Shown: one piece after another, positions 19,922 through 29,451 of the stretch
Layout of the letters: every line of letters begins with the position of its first letter
Position numbering within the stretch: position 1 is the first letter of the stretch
Assembly (NCBI GenBank): GCA_041746575.1
Contig: JBGTGT010000113.1
Span: 26,017-90,016 of the forward strand
Reading direction: 5' to 3'
Origin: Microcystaceae cyanobacterium
GTDB taxonomy: Bacteria; Cyanobacteriota; Cyanobacteriia; Cyanobacteriales; Microcystaceae
Length of the DNA: 64,000 bases
Program-made: the position numbers and the translations under genes
The notes under the pieces: model-generated
Databases searched by the model: none
What the model saw: the letters and a program-made list of their open reading frames with translations, nothing else
What the model was told of the DNA's origin: nothing

Positions 19922-20551
19922 ATGAAAGATAAAGATAGCAAAAGTCTCCTTTTAGTGGATGATGACCCCAATTTAATTTTGTTGGTGAAGGATTATCTCA
20001 TCTATCGAGGCTATGACGTTCGTACGGCTGATAATGGACGAGAAGCCCTAGAAATCCTCGAAAAACAAATCCCAGATTTGATCATCTGCGATGTCATGAT
20101 GCCAGAGATGGATGGTTATGCCCTCGTCGAAAAGGTTCGTCAAGATCCGCGAACGAATTGGATTCCCTTTATGTTCCTATCGGCGAAAGGACAGAGCCAA
20201 GATAAGATCAAAGGGCTTAATGCGGGGGCTTATGTCTATATGGTAAAACCCTTTGAACCCGAAGAACTCGTCGCTCAAGTTGAATCCTTATTAAACGTAG
20301 TACAGAAAAGACCTTTACATACCGTAAGCGATGAAAGTCGGATTCATGTGCCAAGTTCCGTTGAATTAACCCCTACTGAACTCAAAGTGGTGCAATTAGT
20401 CGCTCAAGGGATGGCCAATCGTGAAATTGCAGAACGTTTAAACGTCAGTCAACGCACCATTGAAAGCCACGTCTCGAATATGCTCAATAAAACCAATTTG
20501 CATAATCGCACAGAACTGGCACGGTGGGCAATTGAAAGTAACCAAGCGTAA
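19922..20551 (+). CDS. NarL/LuxR-family two-component response regulator
   Basis: Receiver (LVDDD, CDVMMP, KPF) plus LuxR HTH (LTPTE..G..NREIA..TIESHVSN). Confidence 0.93.
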   Translation: MKDKDSKSLLLVDDDPNLILLVKDYLIYRGYDVRTADNGREALEILEKQIPDLIICDVMMPEMDGYALVEKVRQDPRTNWIPFMFLSAKGQSQDKIKGLNAGAYVYMVKPFEPEELVAQVESLLNVVQKRPLHTVSDESRIHVPSSVELTPTELKVVQLVAQGMANREIAERLNVSQRTIESHVSNMLNKTNLHNRTELARWAIESNQA

Positions 20552-20630
20552 AAATGGTTTTATGCCTTGAATGTCCTTTAACTAAGCACAATAAACTTTA
20601 AAAAGGAACTTTCATCCTGTTCTCGAAATT

Positions 20631-20639
20631 TGCTATGCT
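20631..20639 (+). promoter_or_regulatory. Extended -10 element upstream of tRNA-Thr
   Basis: TGCTATGCT about 30 nt upstream of the tRNA. Confidence 0.5.
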
Positions 20640-20669
20640 AGATCAGGCGATTTTAGAAAGCTTAGAAAT

Positions 20670-20742
20670 GCCTGTTTAGCTCAGTTGGTAGAGCGGCGCA
20701 CTTGTAATGCGTAGGTCAGGAGTTCAAGTCTCCTAACAGGCT
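20670..20742 (+). tRNA. trnT: tRNA-Thr(UGU), CCA not encoded
   Basis: Cloverleaf: acceptor GCCTGTT/AACAGGC, D stem GCTC/GAGC, anticodon loop CT-TGT-AA, T arm AGGAG-TTCAAGT-CTCCT; 73 nt. Confidence 0.97.
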
Positions 20743-20879
20743 TTGAGTTATCCCAACAAAACCCTCGTAGTTCGGCAAGTATTTTTCCGTAATTTTGTCT
20801 ATTTCATGCTCAAATCAGCATTAATAGTTCGTTTACGGGTTAAAATATCGAAAAAGTTTTGTATTGGAGGCCATAGAGA

Positions 20880-21650
20880 ATGAGTGTCGTCCTAAAAGTT
20901 GGTGATCAATCCTTTGAAGAAAAAGACTTATACCCCCTTTTGGGAAAGTACCGCCTTTTACCCCAATTAGCCAAAGAAATTCTCCTCGATCAAGCGATCG
21001 CTGATGTGATTTGTTCTGCCGAAGAAGTGCAAGTCACCCGTCAACAACTCTATCAACATCTGCAAATTACCACCGATGCTCAACGACAGGTCTGGTTAGA
21101 ACAGAATGGGATGACGCAAGAACAGTTAGATGAATTAGCCATTCGGGAACTCAAAATTGATAAATTTAAAGAAGCGAAATGGCATGACCAACTGAATAAC
21201 TACTTCCATCAATGCAAAAAACAACTAGATCGGGTGGTTTATTCCCTCATCAGAACCAAAGATAGCGGAATTGCCCAAGAATTGTATTTTCGCATTCAAG
21301 AAGAAGAAGCGAAATTGGCAGACTTAGCGCGGGAATACTCCGAAGGAGCAGAAGCTCAAACCGGGGGATTAGTCGGTCCTGTTGAATTAAAAGCCCCCCA
21401 TCCCCAAATTGCCCAATTGTTGTTCAATAGCCAACCCGGTCAACTCTTACCTCCTACCCGTATTGGAGAATGGTGGATTATTCTACGCCTAGAAAAATAT
21501 ATTTCCGCAGAACTCGACGAACCCACCAGTAAACGGTTGCTAAATGACCTCTTTCAAGGGTGGTTAATGGGACAAATCCAGCAATTTGTCTATTTTTCTC
21601 CCCAAACCCTTGCTTTACCCGAAGCCCCCCCTCTCAATCACCCTAACTAA
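20880..21650 (+). CDS. PpiC-type (parvulin-like) peptidylprolyl isomerase
   Basis: LDRVVYSLIR, ELYFRI, LAREYSEG.EAQTGGLVGPV, WWIILRLE. Confidence 0.85.
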   Translation: MSVVLKVGDQSFEEKDLYPLLGKYRLLPQLAKEILLDQAIADVICSAEEVQVTRQQLYQHLQITTDAQRQVWLEQNGMTQEQLDELAIRELKIDKFKEAKWHDQLNNYFHQCKKQLDRVVYSLIRTKDSGIAQELYFRIQEEEAKLADLAREYSEGAEAQTGGLVGPVELKAPHPQIAQLLFNSQPGQLLPPTRIGEWWIILRLEKYISAELDEPTSKRLLNDLFQGWLMGQIQQFVYFSPQTLALPEAPPLNHPN

Positions 21651-21668
21651 ATCTAAAAATATCGCAGT

Positions 21669-23249
21669 CTAGTGCAGAGAAATCCGTAAGTGAGTCGGTT
21701 TTCCGACATCCCCGCTTAAAATCACACCGCGATGATTGGCCGCTAAATGGCGCACAATCTTATAAACGGCTTCAATTTGAGTCGCTGCCCCAGCTCTTTC
21801 TGCTAATGTTTTTAAATCTAAGGGAGAATCAGCCGTTTTTAAGACCGACATAATCTGAGCTTGTAAGGTCAAAACAGAGGCGGCGGCCTTTTTTCCCGCT
21901 TCTACTCCAGGCTGATGATAAGCATTAATATTGACCAAAGCCGCATAAAAGCTCACTGCCCGCTCATAAAGGGCGATTAACGCCCCGACGATTCGAGGAT
22001 TCACCGTTTTTATCGTAATCGTGATGGATTCTCGTCCATTTTCAAATAACGCCTGACGAGTTCCCTGAAGCAATCCTGCTAAATAGTCTCCTGCCGTTAC
22101 CCCCGATTCAACTTCCACCGATTCCCCTTGACGATCTTGTAATACTTCAATAAAAGTTACAAAAAAATTGGCAACCCCTTCTCGCAATTGCTGAACATAG
22201 GCGTGTTGATCAGTAGAACCTTTGTTCCCATAAACGGCGATCCCCTGATGAACGACTTTCCCATCAAGATCCGTTTCTTTACCCAGAGATTCCATGACTA
22301 ACTGCTGAAGATAACGACTAAATAACAATAAACTATCTTTATAGGGCAAAATCACCATATCTTTTTCTCCCTTACCCTTACCAGCATAATACCAAGCCAT
22401 CGCCAATAAAGCGGCAGGATTATTTTTGACGGCTTTAATTCGGGTTGACTCGTCCATTTCTTTTGCCCCCGCCAACATGGCATCGATGTCAATCCCTTGT
22501 AAAGCGGCAGGGAGTAAACCAACGGCGGATAGAACGGAAGTTCTTCCTCCCACCCAATCTTGCATAGGGAAGCGTATTAACCAATTTTCTGCCACTTTAT
22601 CCAATTGACTACCGGGCATGGTCACTGCCACCGCATATTTCTTAAAATCAAGTCCTTTTTTCTCATAGGCGGTTTTTACTTCGATCATCCCGTTGCGGGT
22701 TTCGGGCGTGCCGCCTGACTTACTGGTGACAATGACTAGGGTACTTTGTAAATTACCCCCTAAACGGCTCACCCTGCGATCAATGCCTGCTGGGTCGGTA
22801 TTATCGATAAAAAGCACTTCTAAAGGCGGAAAATCAGGGGATAACGCTTCTGCAACAAATTGAGGACCGAGGGCCGAACCCCCGATACCAATGGAAAGAA
22901 CATGGGTAAATTTAGCGGCGGTGGGGGGTTTAATGATGCCATTGTGAACCTTACTGACAAAATCCTTAATTTTCGCTAAAGGTTCTTGGATTTCTTGTCT
23001 AATATCATCATTGGGGGCTAATTCGGGGGCGCGTAACCAATAATGTCCCACCATCCGATTTTCATCAGGATTAGCGATCGCGCCTGCTTCGAGATCGTCC
23101 ATTAACTGAAAAGCATGGTCGAATTTGGGCTTAAGCATTTGAAAAAACGAATCATCAAAGCCCATACGGCTGATATCAAGATATAAATCTAAATTGTTTT
23201 GATAGTAGAGCCAATCTTGATAACGTTGCCATAGCATTGCTGTGTCCAT
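21669..23249 (-). CDS. pgi: Glucose-6-phosphate isomerase
   Basis: [41 protein letters not shown]; start set at [10 protein letters not shown]. Confidence 0.96.
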   Translation of the reverse strand: MDTAMLWQRYQDWLYYQNNLDLYLDISRMGFDDSFFQMLKPKFDHAFQLMDDLEAGAIANPDENRMVGHYWLRAPELAPNDDIRQEIQEPLAKIKDFVSKVHNGIIKPPTAAKFTHVLSIGIGGSALGPQFVAEALSPDFPPLEVLFIDNTDPAGIDRRVSRLGGNLQSTLVIVTSKSGGTPETRNGMIEVKTAYEKKGLDFKKYAVAVTMPGSQLDKVAENWLIRFPMQDWVGGRTSVLSAVGLLPAALQGIDIDAMLAGAKEMDESTRIKAVKNNPAALLAMAWYYAGKGKGEKDMVILPYKDSLLLFSRYLQQLVMESLGKETDLDGKVVHQGIAVYGNKGSTDQHAYVQQLREGVANFFVTFIEVLQDRQGESVEVESGVTAGDYLAGLLQGTRQALFENGRESITITIKTVNPRIVGALIALYERAVSFYAALVNINAYHQPGVEAGKKAAASVLTLQAQIMSVLKTADSPLDLKTLAERAGAATQIEAVYKIVRHLAANHRGVILSGDVGKPTHLRISLH

Positions 23250-23400
23250 AATGAATTCAGTCCCCAAAATGAAAAAAACACAAGTAAAATTGAAGGGAGA
23301 TCGATATTCTCTCACTTATTAACGCTTTATCCTAGCAAAATCCGAGCAATCAGGAGGCTTGAAAGTCGCTAGATGGGGCAGAAAAGGGAGATTTAAGGGG

Positions 23401-24276
23401 TTACTGTTCATCGATACGATAGGCGCGAATCATCGCCGGTGTCCCTTGTTCGTCTCCTCCCATGCTTTGTACCTGTTTAAATAGGGAATTTGCTAATTTT
23501 AAACCGGGTAAGTCTAAATCTCCCATACTTTCCTGAACTAAGCGTAAATCCTTAAGAATGTGTTTAATCATAAAGCCGGGGGCAAAATCAGACGTCGCAA
23601 CTTTTTCCCCCAAATTCGCCAAAGCCCAAGAGCCGGCTGCCCCACTACCACAGACGTCTATCATGAGATTAGGATCAAGATTGAACTGTTGCGCCAGTTG
23701 CATTGCTTCACATAAGGCCACCATGTGCAGAGAACAGAGGACTTGATTACAGAGCTTGACCGCTTGTCCGCTACCTTGTGAGCCACAATAAACAATTTTC
23801 TTGCCCATTGCCCCTAATAAGGGTATAGCTTCTTCATAATCAGCTTTTTCGCCCCCCACCATGATGGTCAATGTGCCGTTTTGTGCGCCAATGTCTCCAC
23901 CAGAGATAGGAGCATCTAGAAAGCGCAATTTTTTATCTTTCAAAGAATCGGCAATTTCGAGAACGGCTGAAGTTCCAATGGTACTAAAATCAATGATTAA
24001 AGCACTAGGGTGCGCATGTTCTGCAATTCCGCCTTGACCCAAAATCACCCTTTTAACATCGTCAACATCACTGACGCAAGTACAAATAAGGGCAGTATCC
24101 TCCTTAATAGCTTCAGCAATAGAAGGGGCGAGATTGACGCCATTTTCGGCGGCTTGTTGTACCAGTGGACGGTTTGAGGTACGATTCCAAGCTGAAACGG
24201 GGTAACCTGCTTTAACGAGGTTTTGCGCCATAGGACTCCCCATTACGCCTAATCCGATAAAAGCAACATTTTTCAT
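23401..24276 (-). CDS. 3-hydroxyisobutyrate dehydrogenase / tartronate semialdehyde reductase family
   Basis: FIGLGVMG, DAPISGG, LTIMVGG, catalytic KLCNQ, KDLRL; GGAG SD before ATG at 24276. Confidence 0.9.
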   Translation of the reverse strand: MKNVAFIGLGVMGSPMAQNLVKAGYPVSAWNRTSNRPLVQQAAENGVNLAPSIAEAIKEDTALICTCVSDVDDVKRVILGQGGIAEHAHPSALIIDFSTIGTSAVLEIADSLKDKKLRFLDAPISGGDIGAQNGTLTIMVGGEKADYEEAIPLLGAMGKKIVYCGSQGSGQAVKLCNQVLCSLHMVALCEAMQLAQQFNLDPNLMIDVCGSGAAGSWALANLGEKVATSDFAPGFMIKHILKDLRLVQESMGDLDLPGLKLANSLFKQVQSMGGDEQGTPAMIRAYRIDEQ

Positions 24277-24345
24277 GCTGATTTCTCCCTTTAAATTCAT
24301 CATTTATCAAGATAACAGGGAAAGATGCTATGAAGTCCAGACTTA

Positions 24346-25995
24346 TTAAATAACTAGCAATAAATCAATAAATTGATGCCATGTTAAAGATTCATATCCT
24401 GTTTTATGCTTTAAAAACTTAATTTCTTGAGGGAATAAAGGAGGTTCTCCTACGCTCTGCAAAACCCGATTCATTTCTGCTGAATCGATTAACCCGTCTT
24501 CATTATCATCAATAGGAATAAAATAAGTCACCAATTCATTATAGTTAGTGGTTAAGCGTTGGTGTCGTAAGATTAATTCTCCAAATTCTTCAAAGTCAAT
24601 TTTCCCACTATTATCAAGATCAATACTGTTAAATAAGTCGTTAATTTCAGTATCTAGCAGCGTGTCATGGGCAAGTCTTAAGTAGGTTTTTAATTCTGAT
24701 AGTGAAATTTTTTCATTGCGATCACTATCAATAGCATTAAAAATATATCGGAGGTCTCCTTTAAGTTCAGCACTCGCTTTTTGAAAGAGCAAAAAAGTTG
24801 TTTTTTCTACTATCGCTTCTTGAAGTTGATAGCGAAAACTGACAATAATCTCTTTGGCAATTTGATAACGTTTATAATGTTCTTCAGGGCAAGTAATTGT
24901 ATAAAGTGCAACAGGAACTAGAGAAGGAATCGAATGTTTTACAATGAAAAAAGCACCCATCGTTGTTATCGTAAATGCTAAAGCTAATGGCGGTAACCCA
25001 AGGGGAGCAAAAACCAGAAGTAATTCCCAATGTACCCACGCACAAACGAAAGAGGCTAACAGTGCAATGCCAATACTGCGAGGTAGCGGCGCATAAAAAA
25101 TTCCTCCCAAGGCAATCGCTGTCAAAACTGAGTTCAATTCCCATAATCCTAGATAGACAGATTGTAAGTCAATACCCAGAGCGATCGCTACTATAGCACT
25201 TATCAAAGCCCCCATTAATCCCATTCCTGCACTAATAGGAGAACAGATAAAAACCCCCGTTAGAATTAATAAACTCGAAATCAGGTTTAGACTAAACAAG
25301 ATACTGCCAAAGCTTCTGGGAAAAGAGAATAATAATTGTAAGCCATCTAGCGAAGTAATCGGCGGGCTTATTGGGGGACTTCCTAACTCAAATAATGGCT
25401 GAGGAATATATAATATTGCGCCATAAAAAAGAAGCGTTATTAAATGAAATGGAATCCCTAAAATCGAAATTTTAAAATAGGTTGTAATCCAAACTCTCAA
25501 AGTATTCGCTAAAATAGTGGTTAATATCGCTAAAATAATAACGGCAAATGCCCATAGAGGACTACCGTTTCCATTGCCCCACAAGCTAAATGTTCCGACG
25601 GCTAATCCCCCTAAAGTTCCATTAAAGCCCCAAACGCCATTCCGAATAGCGTCTATATTGACTTTTAGGAAAATAGCGGTTATTGTTGATGCGATCGCTC
25701 CTAATAATCCGCAGAGTCCAACCCAAGGAGAGTGAATAAAAGTTGCCACTAAAAATATTAATCCAGTCAAGGGATTATTGCAAAAAATGACCTGACCTAT
25801 GCCGCGTAATGTAGCATTAATTCCGTCGAAAAAAGAGGATGGAACTAACTGCTCATTTAGCCATTGCATTGTACCTGTAATCGGCAGAAAGCGACGAGTT
25901 GAACTTTGAGCAGGAGCATCCAAAATTTTAGCCAGTAGCGCTTGCAAGGATAAAGATTGATGATGGGGGTTTTCTGTCGAATTTGATTCACTCAT
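24346..25995 (-). CDS. Urea transporter (UT) family channel fused to C-terminal EF-hand domain
   Basis: LRGIGQVIFCNNPLTG and GVWGFNGTL UT motifs, about 10 TM segments, ITCPE; EF loops DSDRNEKISLSE, DLDNSGKIDFEE, DDNEDGLIDSAE. Confidence 0.85.
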   Translation of the reverse strand: MSESNSTENPHHQSLSLQALLAKILDAPAQSSTRRFLPITGTMQWLNEQLVPSSFFDGINATLRGIGQVIFCNNPLTGLIFLVATFIHSPWVGLCGLLGAIASTITAIFLKVNIDAIRNGVWGFNGTLGGLAVGTFSLWGNGNGSPLWAFAVIILAILTTILANTLRVWITTYFKISILGIPFHLITLLFYGAILYIPQPLFELGSPPISPPITSLDGLQLLFSFPRSFGSILFSLNLISSLLILTGVFICSPISAGMGLMGALISAIVAIALGIDLQSVYLGLWELNSVLTAIALGGIFYAPLPRSIGIALLASFVCAWVHWELLLVFAPLGLPPLALAFTITTMGAFFIVKHSIPSLVPVALYTITCPEEHYKRYQIAKEIIVSFRYQLQEAIVEKTTFLLFQKASAELKGDLRYIFNAIDSDRNEKISLSELKTYLRLAHDTLLDTEINDLFNSIDLDNSGKIDFEEFGELILRHQRLTTNYNELVTYFIPIDDNEDGLIDSAEMNRVLQSVGEPPLFPQEIKFLKHKTGYESLTWHQFIDLLLVI

Positions 25996-26069
25996 TTTAA
26001 AATTAGAAATTGAGAATTAATTTAGTTTAGTGTATTATGAAAAGCTTGACTGAGTGCAGGTAATATGTT

Positions 26070-27788
26070 ATGAAACAAGACCAAAGATTATATGGCAAGA
26101 CAATGACTACTTTACCGTTATACCTCCCTAGACCTAGAGAAGCGGAAGGCACTTATTTAAGAATTGTGTCTATTAATGATGTTTACGAAATTAAAAACTA
26201 TCCTTATATTGAAACTGTAATTCAAGGACTGAAGCAAACAGCAGAAGATGCAGTGGTCATTGCTTCTATGAGTGGGGATTTTCTCTCTCCTTGCCTGCTA
26301 ACATCTTTGGATGGTGGGAAATCCATGTTGGATGTTCTTAATGTTGTCAATATCGATTATATTTGCTTTGGCAATCACGAATTTGATATCAATTTAGATG
26401 TCCTGCACGAACGGTTTAAGACCTATCGAGGAAAATGTCTAAACGGCAATATTCCTAACTTATCTATCGTTGATATAACAGGTAATCCTCTGCCCAAATA
26501 CGATCTTGTAAAAATAAAAAAACATCGAGTCGCCTTCGCCGGATTTTGTACCAACAATACTGATATTTTTCGACCGGGAACCAATTTAACAATTCTGCCA
26601 ATTTTTGAGGCTTTAAAACAAGTTTGGACTGAGTGTAAAAATGAAGCAACTATGTTAATTCCACTGACCCATCAAACCATTGCTGAAGATCGGGCATTAG
26701 CAATTCAAATTGCAGAAGATGACGAACTTCGAGGCCATATTCCGATTATTCTGGGTGGCCACGAACATGAAGTTTATATTGAAGAAATCGCCCAAAACTT
26801 TATTGTCAAAGCGGGCTCTGATGCTAAGAATGTTGTAGTGGCAGATGTGTGGTGGACAGCAGAGGATAAAGTACAAAGGGCGGTTCATTTATTACCAGCA
26901 AGTCACTTTGATGCCGATCCCCATGCTCAAATATTCGTCGAAAAAACGCAAAACTTTTTGGGTTCGTTAATAGATGTAGAGATTTTTCAAGTCAAAGAAA
27001 CTATGTCTTCTAAGAGAACACGCTTCCAGCCAGAAAAAGTTGCCTCAACCCTCTGTTCTTATATTAAAAAAAGTTTACAAAATATAAATATCGTTATATT
27101 GCAAGGAGGATGTGTCCGAGGCAATCGTGACTATCAAAAAGATTCATCATTTACCTATGGCGATTTGTTGGAAGAATTACCTTTTGATACGCAAATTGCC
27201 GTGATTAAAGTCCCCGGAAAAGTCTTGCAGGATGCCATCTCTTTAACACGAAGTACACCTGAGCAAGAAGCTCCCAACTTTTTACACGTAGATCTTGATA
27301 CCATTATTGAAGACTATCCCCGTTTAAAAATTGTCAGTATTAACCACGCACCTTTTGACCCTGAAAAGATATACAATGTTGCGATTTATCAATTTTTGCT
27401 GACAGGTTTAAACGAGATTAAGCCTCTGCTAGATTATGTCAATACCCAAGGCAGTATTCCCTCTTTAGAGCAGTGTATTCCGGGGAAAAACTTAATTCTA
27501 GAAGCTTGTATGAAAGATGCTTGGCGAACCCTCGTTAATTTTGAGGAATGGGATAGCAATGGAGATGGAAATATTTCTAAATCCGAACTCGAACAAGCTG
27601 TTAAAAAAGCCTTTGCCTTTCTAGATCAAAACCAAGATGGACACATTTCACCCACAGAGCTGCAAACTGCAATTATCGAAAAAACAGGGAATCGAGATCA
27701 TGGCTTAATTAATATGATGTTTGAGATGCTTGATGCCGATAACGATGGTATGGTGTCAATGGAAGAATTAGCATCTTTAGCGATATAA
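26070..27788 (+). CDS. 5'-nucleotidase-type metallophosphoesterase with C-terminal EF-hands, no signal peptide
   Basis: INDVY, GDFLSP, GNHEFD, LTH, GGHEH; 5'-NT C-domain (GGCVRG..YGDLLEELPF); EF loops DSNGDGNISKSE, DQNQDGHISPTE, DADNDGMVSMEE. Confidence 0.87.
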   Translation: MKQDQRLYGKTMTTLPLYLPRPREAEGTYLRIVSINDVYEIKNYPYIETVIQGLKQTAEDAVVIASMSGDFLSPCLLTSLDGGKSMLDVLNVVNIDYICFGNHEFDINLDVLHERFKTYRGKCLNGNIPNLSIVDITGNPLPKYDLVKIKKHRVAFAGFCTNNTDIFRPGTNLTILPIFEALKQVWTECKNEATMLIPLTHQTIAEDRALAIQIAEDDELRGHIPIILGGHEHEVYIEEIAQNFIVKAGSDAKNVVVADVWWTAEDKVQRAVHLLPASHFDADPHAQIFVEKTQNFLGSLIDVEIFQVKETMSSKRTRFQPEKVASTLCSYIKKSLQNINIVILQGGCVRGNRDYQKDSSFTYGDLLEELPFDTQIAVIKVPGKVLQDAISLTRSTPEQEAPNFLHVDLDTIIEDYPRLKIVSINHAPFDPEKIYNVAIYQFLLTGLNEIKPLLDYVNTQGSIPSLEQCIPGKNLILEACMKDAWRTLVNFEEWDSNGDGNISKSELEQAVKKAFAFLDQNQDGHISPTELQTAIIEKTGNRDHGLINMMFEMLDADNDGMVSMEELASLAI

Positions 27789-27849
27789 ACCGTGTGCCTG
27801 TTCAAAACACTCACTTGTGAGAACAAGGAAGCAACGAGATTTTTTAATG

Positions 27850-28839
27850 TTAGGAAACGAATTGTTTAAAGAGTTGTAAGAACTTTTGAGTATCAACATC
27901 AAAACAGGCATCAACATTAGGGGGGTTTGCCAATTCATCACGCCGATTGCGTAAATCTGCTAAAGATAGCCCTTTGGTAAAACGGCCTTCCGTTTCCACT
28001 ACCATATAAAGGGGTTCTGTTTTTACTAAGCTTGGATCGAGCACAACTGCTATCGCTAAAGGATCATGTAAATAACAGCCATAAAATCCCTCATTATCCC
28101 GATAAAATGCCATATAAATTTCTGTACAATCAGCAATAAACTGAGTGATTTTCGATGGAGAATTCCGTAAATTTTCCTCCACAACTTTACGATGTAAAGG
28201 TGCTTTTATCGCAACATCTAAACCCACCAACGTTAATGGAATACCCGATTCCATTACCAATTGTGCGGCATGGGGATCAACAAAAAAATTAAATTCGGCA
28301 GCAGCTGAAATATTGCCCGGAACATTTACGGCTCCTCCCATAATAATAATACGCCCAATTTTTTTCAGGACTTCGGCATCTTTTTGCAGCGCAGTGGCAA
28401 TATTTGTGAGGGGACCTAAAGCAACAATTGTTAAGTTTTTACCGTATTCCTGTGCCGCATTGAGAAGGATATCAATAGCACTTTCAGGAGAAAGTTTTAA
28501 GGCTAATTCAGGATAACGAGGAGAGCCATTTTTTTCTTGAAAACGGTGTAATTCTCCCAAACCATCCGCACCGTGAATTCCTGCCGCATCAAAGGGAGGA
28601 TTAACTAATGGTTTTTTACAGCCTTTTGCCACCGTTGGCATTTTATTAGGAGCGACAACACTAACCACACGTAAGACATTTTGAGCCGCTTGCTCAACAT
28701 TAATATTACCCGCCAAAACGGTGATCGCTTTCAGATCAATTTGTGGTGAATTTAAGGCCATAATCAAGGCTAAAGCATCATCTACTCCGCCATCAGTGTC
28801 AATAATTATAGGGATCGAGGGATTGGGTAAACTCGCCAT
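27850..28839 (-). CDS. Inosine/uridine-preferring nucleoside hydrolase
   Basis: DTDGGVDD Ca2+-binding signature, HGADGLG, GPLTN, MGG, AEFNFFVDP, LHDP. Confidence 0.93.
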   Translation of the reverse strand: MASLPNPSIPIIIDTDGGVDDALALIMALNSPQIDLKAITVLAGNINVEQAAQNVLRVVSVVAPNKMPTVAKGCKKPLVNPPFDAAGIHGADGLGELHRFQEKNGSPRYPELALKLSPESAIDILLNAAQEYGKNLTIVALGPLTNIATALQKDAEVLKKIGRIIIMGGAVNVPGNISAAAEFNFFVDPHAAQLVMESGIPLTLVGLDVAIKAPLHRKVVEENLRNSPSKITQFIADCTEIYMAFYRDNEGFYGCYLHDPLAIAVVLDPSLVKTEPLYMVVETEGRFTKGLSLADLRNRRDELANPPNVDACFDVDTQKFLQLFKQFVS

Positions 28840-29044
28840 AGTACTCAAAATTTCCTAAAATCTGCTGTATCTGCTTTAATAGAAATATTAATAATTTGAA
28901 GTTTACCATTCAATGGATAGCTAACTCGCCAGCGTGCAATTTTAGGCAGAGTGCTCACCAATTTGTCGTTGGACTCAATCAACTGCCATCGATTCGAGAA
29001 TAGTCCTTAAATCTTGACATTCACACCCGTATTCCCTTAGAGCC

Positions 29045-29261
29045 ATGGAGTACCCCAGAAAAAGCCAGAGAATTACTGGCTCAAGAACGGTAACATGACC
29101 ACCAAACCCCTGAAAAAATGGTTAATCGGGTGGTCAAAGAAGAGCAATCGCAACAACAAGAACTTAATAAAAAAGCACGGAAATTACTAACCCAAGATCG
29201 TCAACACAAACAAAATCTTGACGAAAATATGCTAAGTCGTGCTGAATCCGAACTTCATTAA
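29045..29261 (+). pseudogene. Disrupted small protein with two IF7 (GifA)-like repeats
   Basis: ATG plus an extra G, then STPEKARELLAQER*HDHQTPEKMVNRVV...KKARKLLTQDRQHKQNLDENMLSRAESELH; in-frame TAA at 29091. Confidence 0.55.
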
Positions 29262-29451
29262 CCAGAATCTCTCACCATTGATTCAGGAAATATTAAAGCA
29301 ATATGGCTATTTTCTTCGATCTTTTGCTTTTCTGCCTTTGAAACTTCTCCTTACAATCAGCAAAAAATCCTCCTAACGTTACGCTCGATCAACCAAAGAT
29401 GCTACGATTGACCAGAGAGAAAGAAACGTGATAGAAAAGGATAGACGCTTC

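Noticed and set aside
20743..20879. Integrative element at tRNA-Thr
   Set aside because: No integrase and no duplicated tRNA 3' end seen in the window
25996..26069. NtcA site in the divergent spacer of the EF-hand genes
   Set aside because: Neither GTA is followed by TAC at N8 spacing, so nitrogen control is not supported by sequence here
28950..29044. Glutamine (glnA-motif) riboswitch ahead of the IF7-like gene
   Set aside because: Only TCGTTGG resembles the 5' end; the GGAAGTA and GAAG..ACG elements are missing
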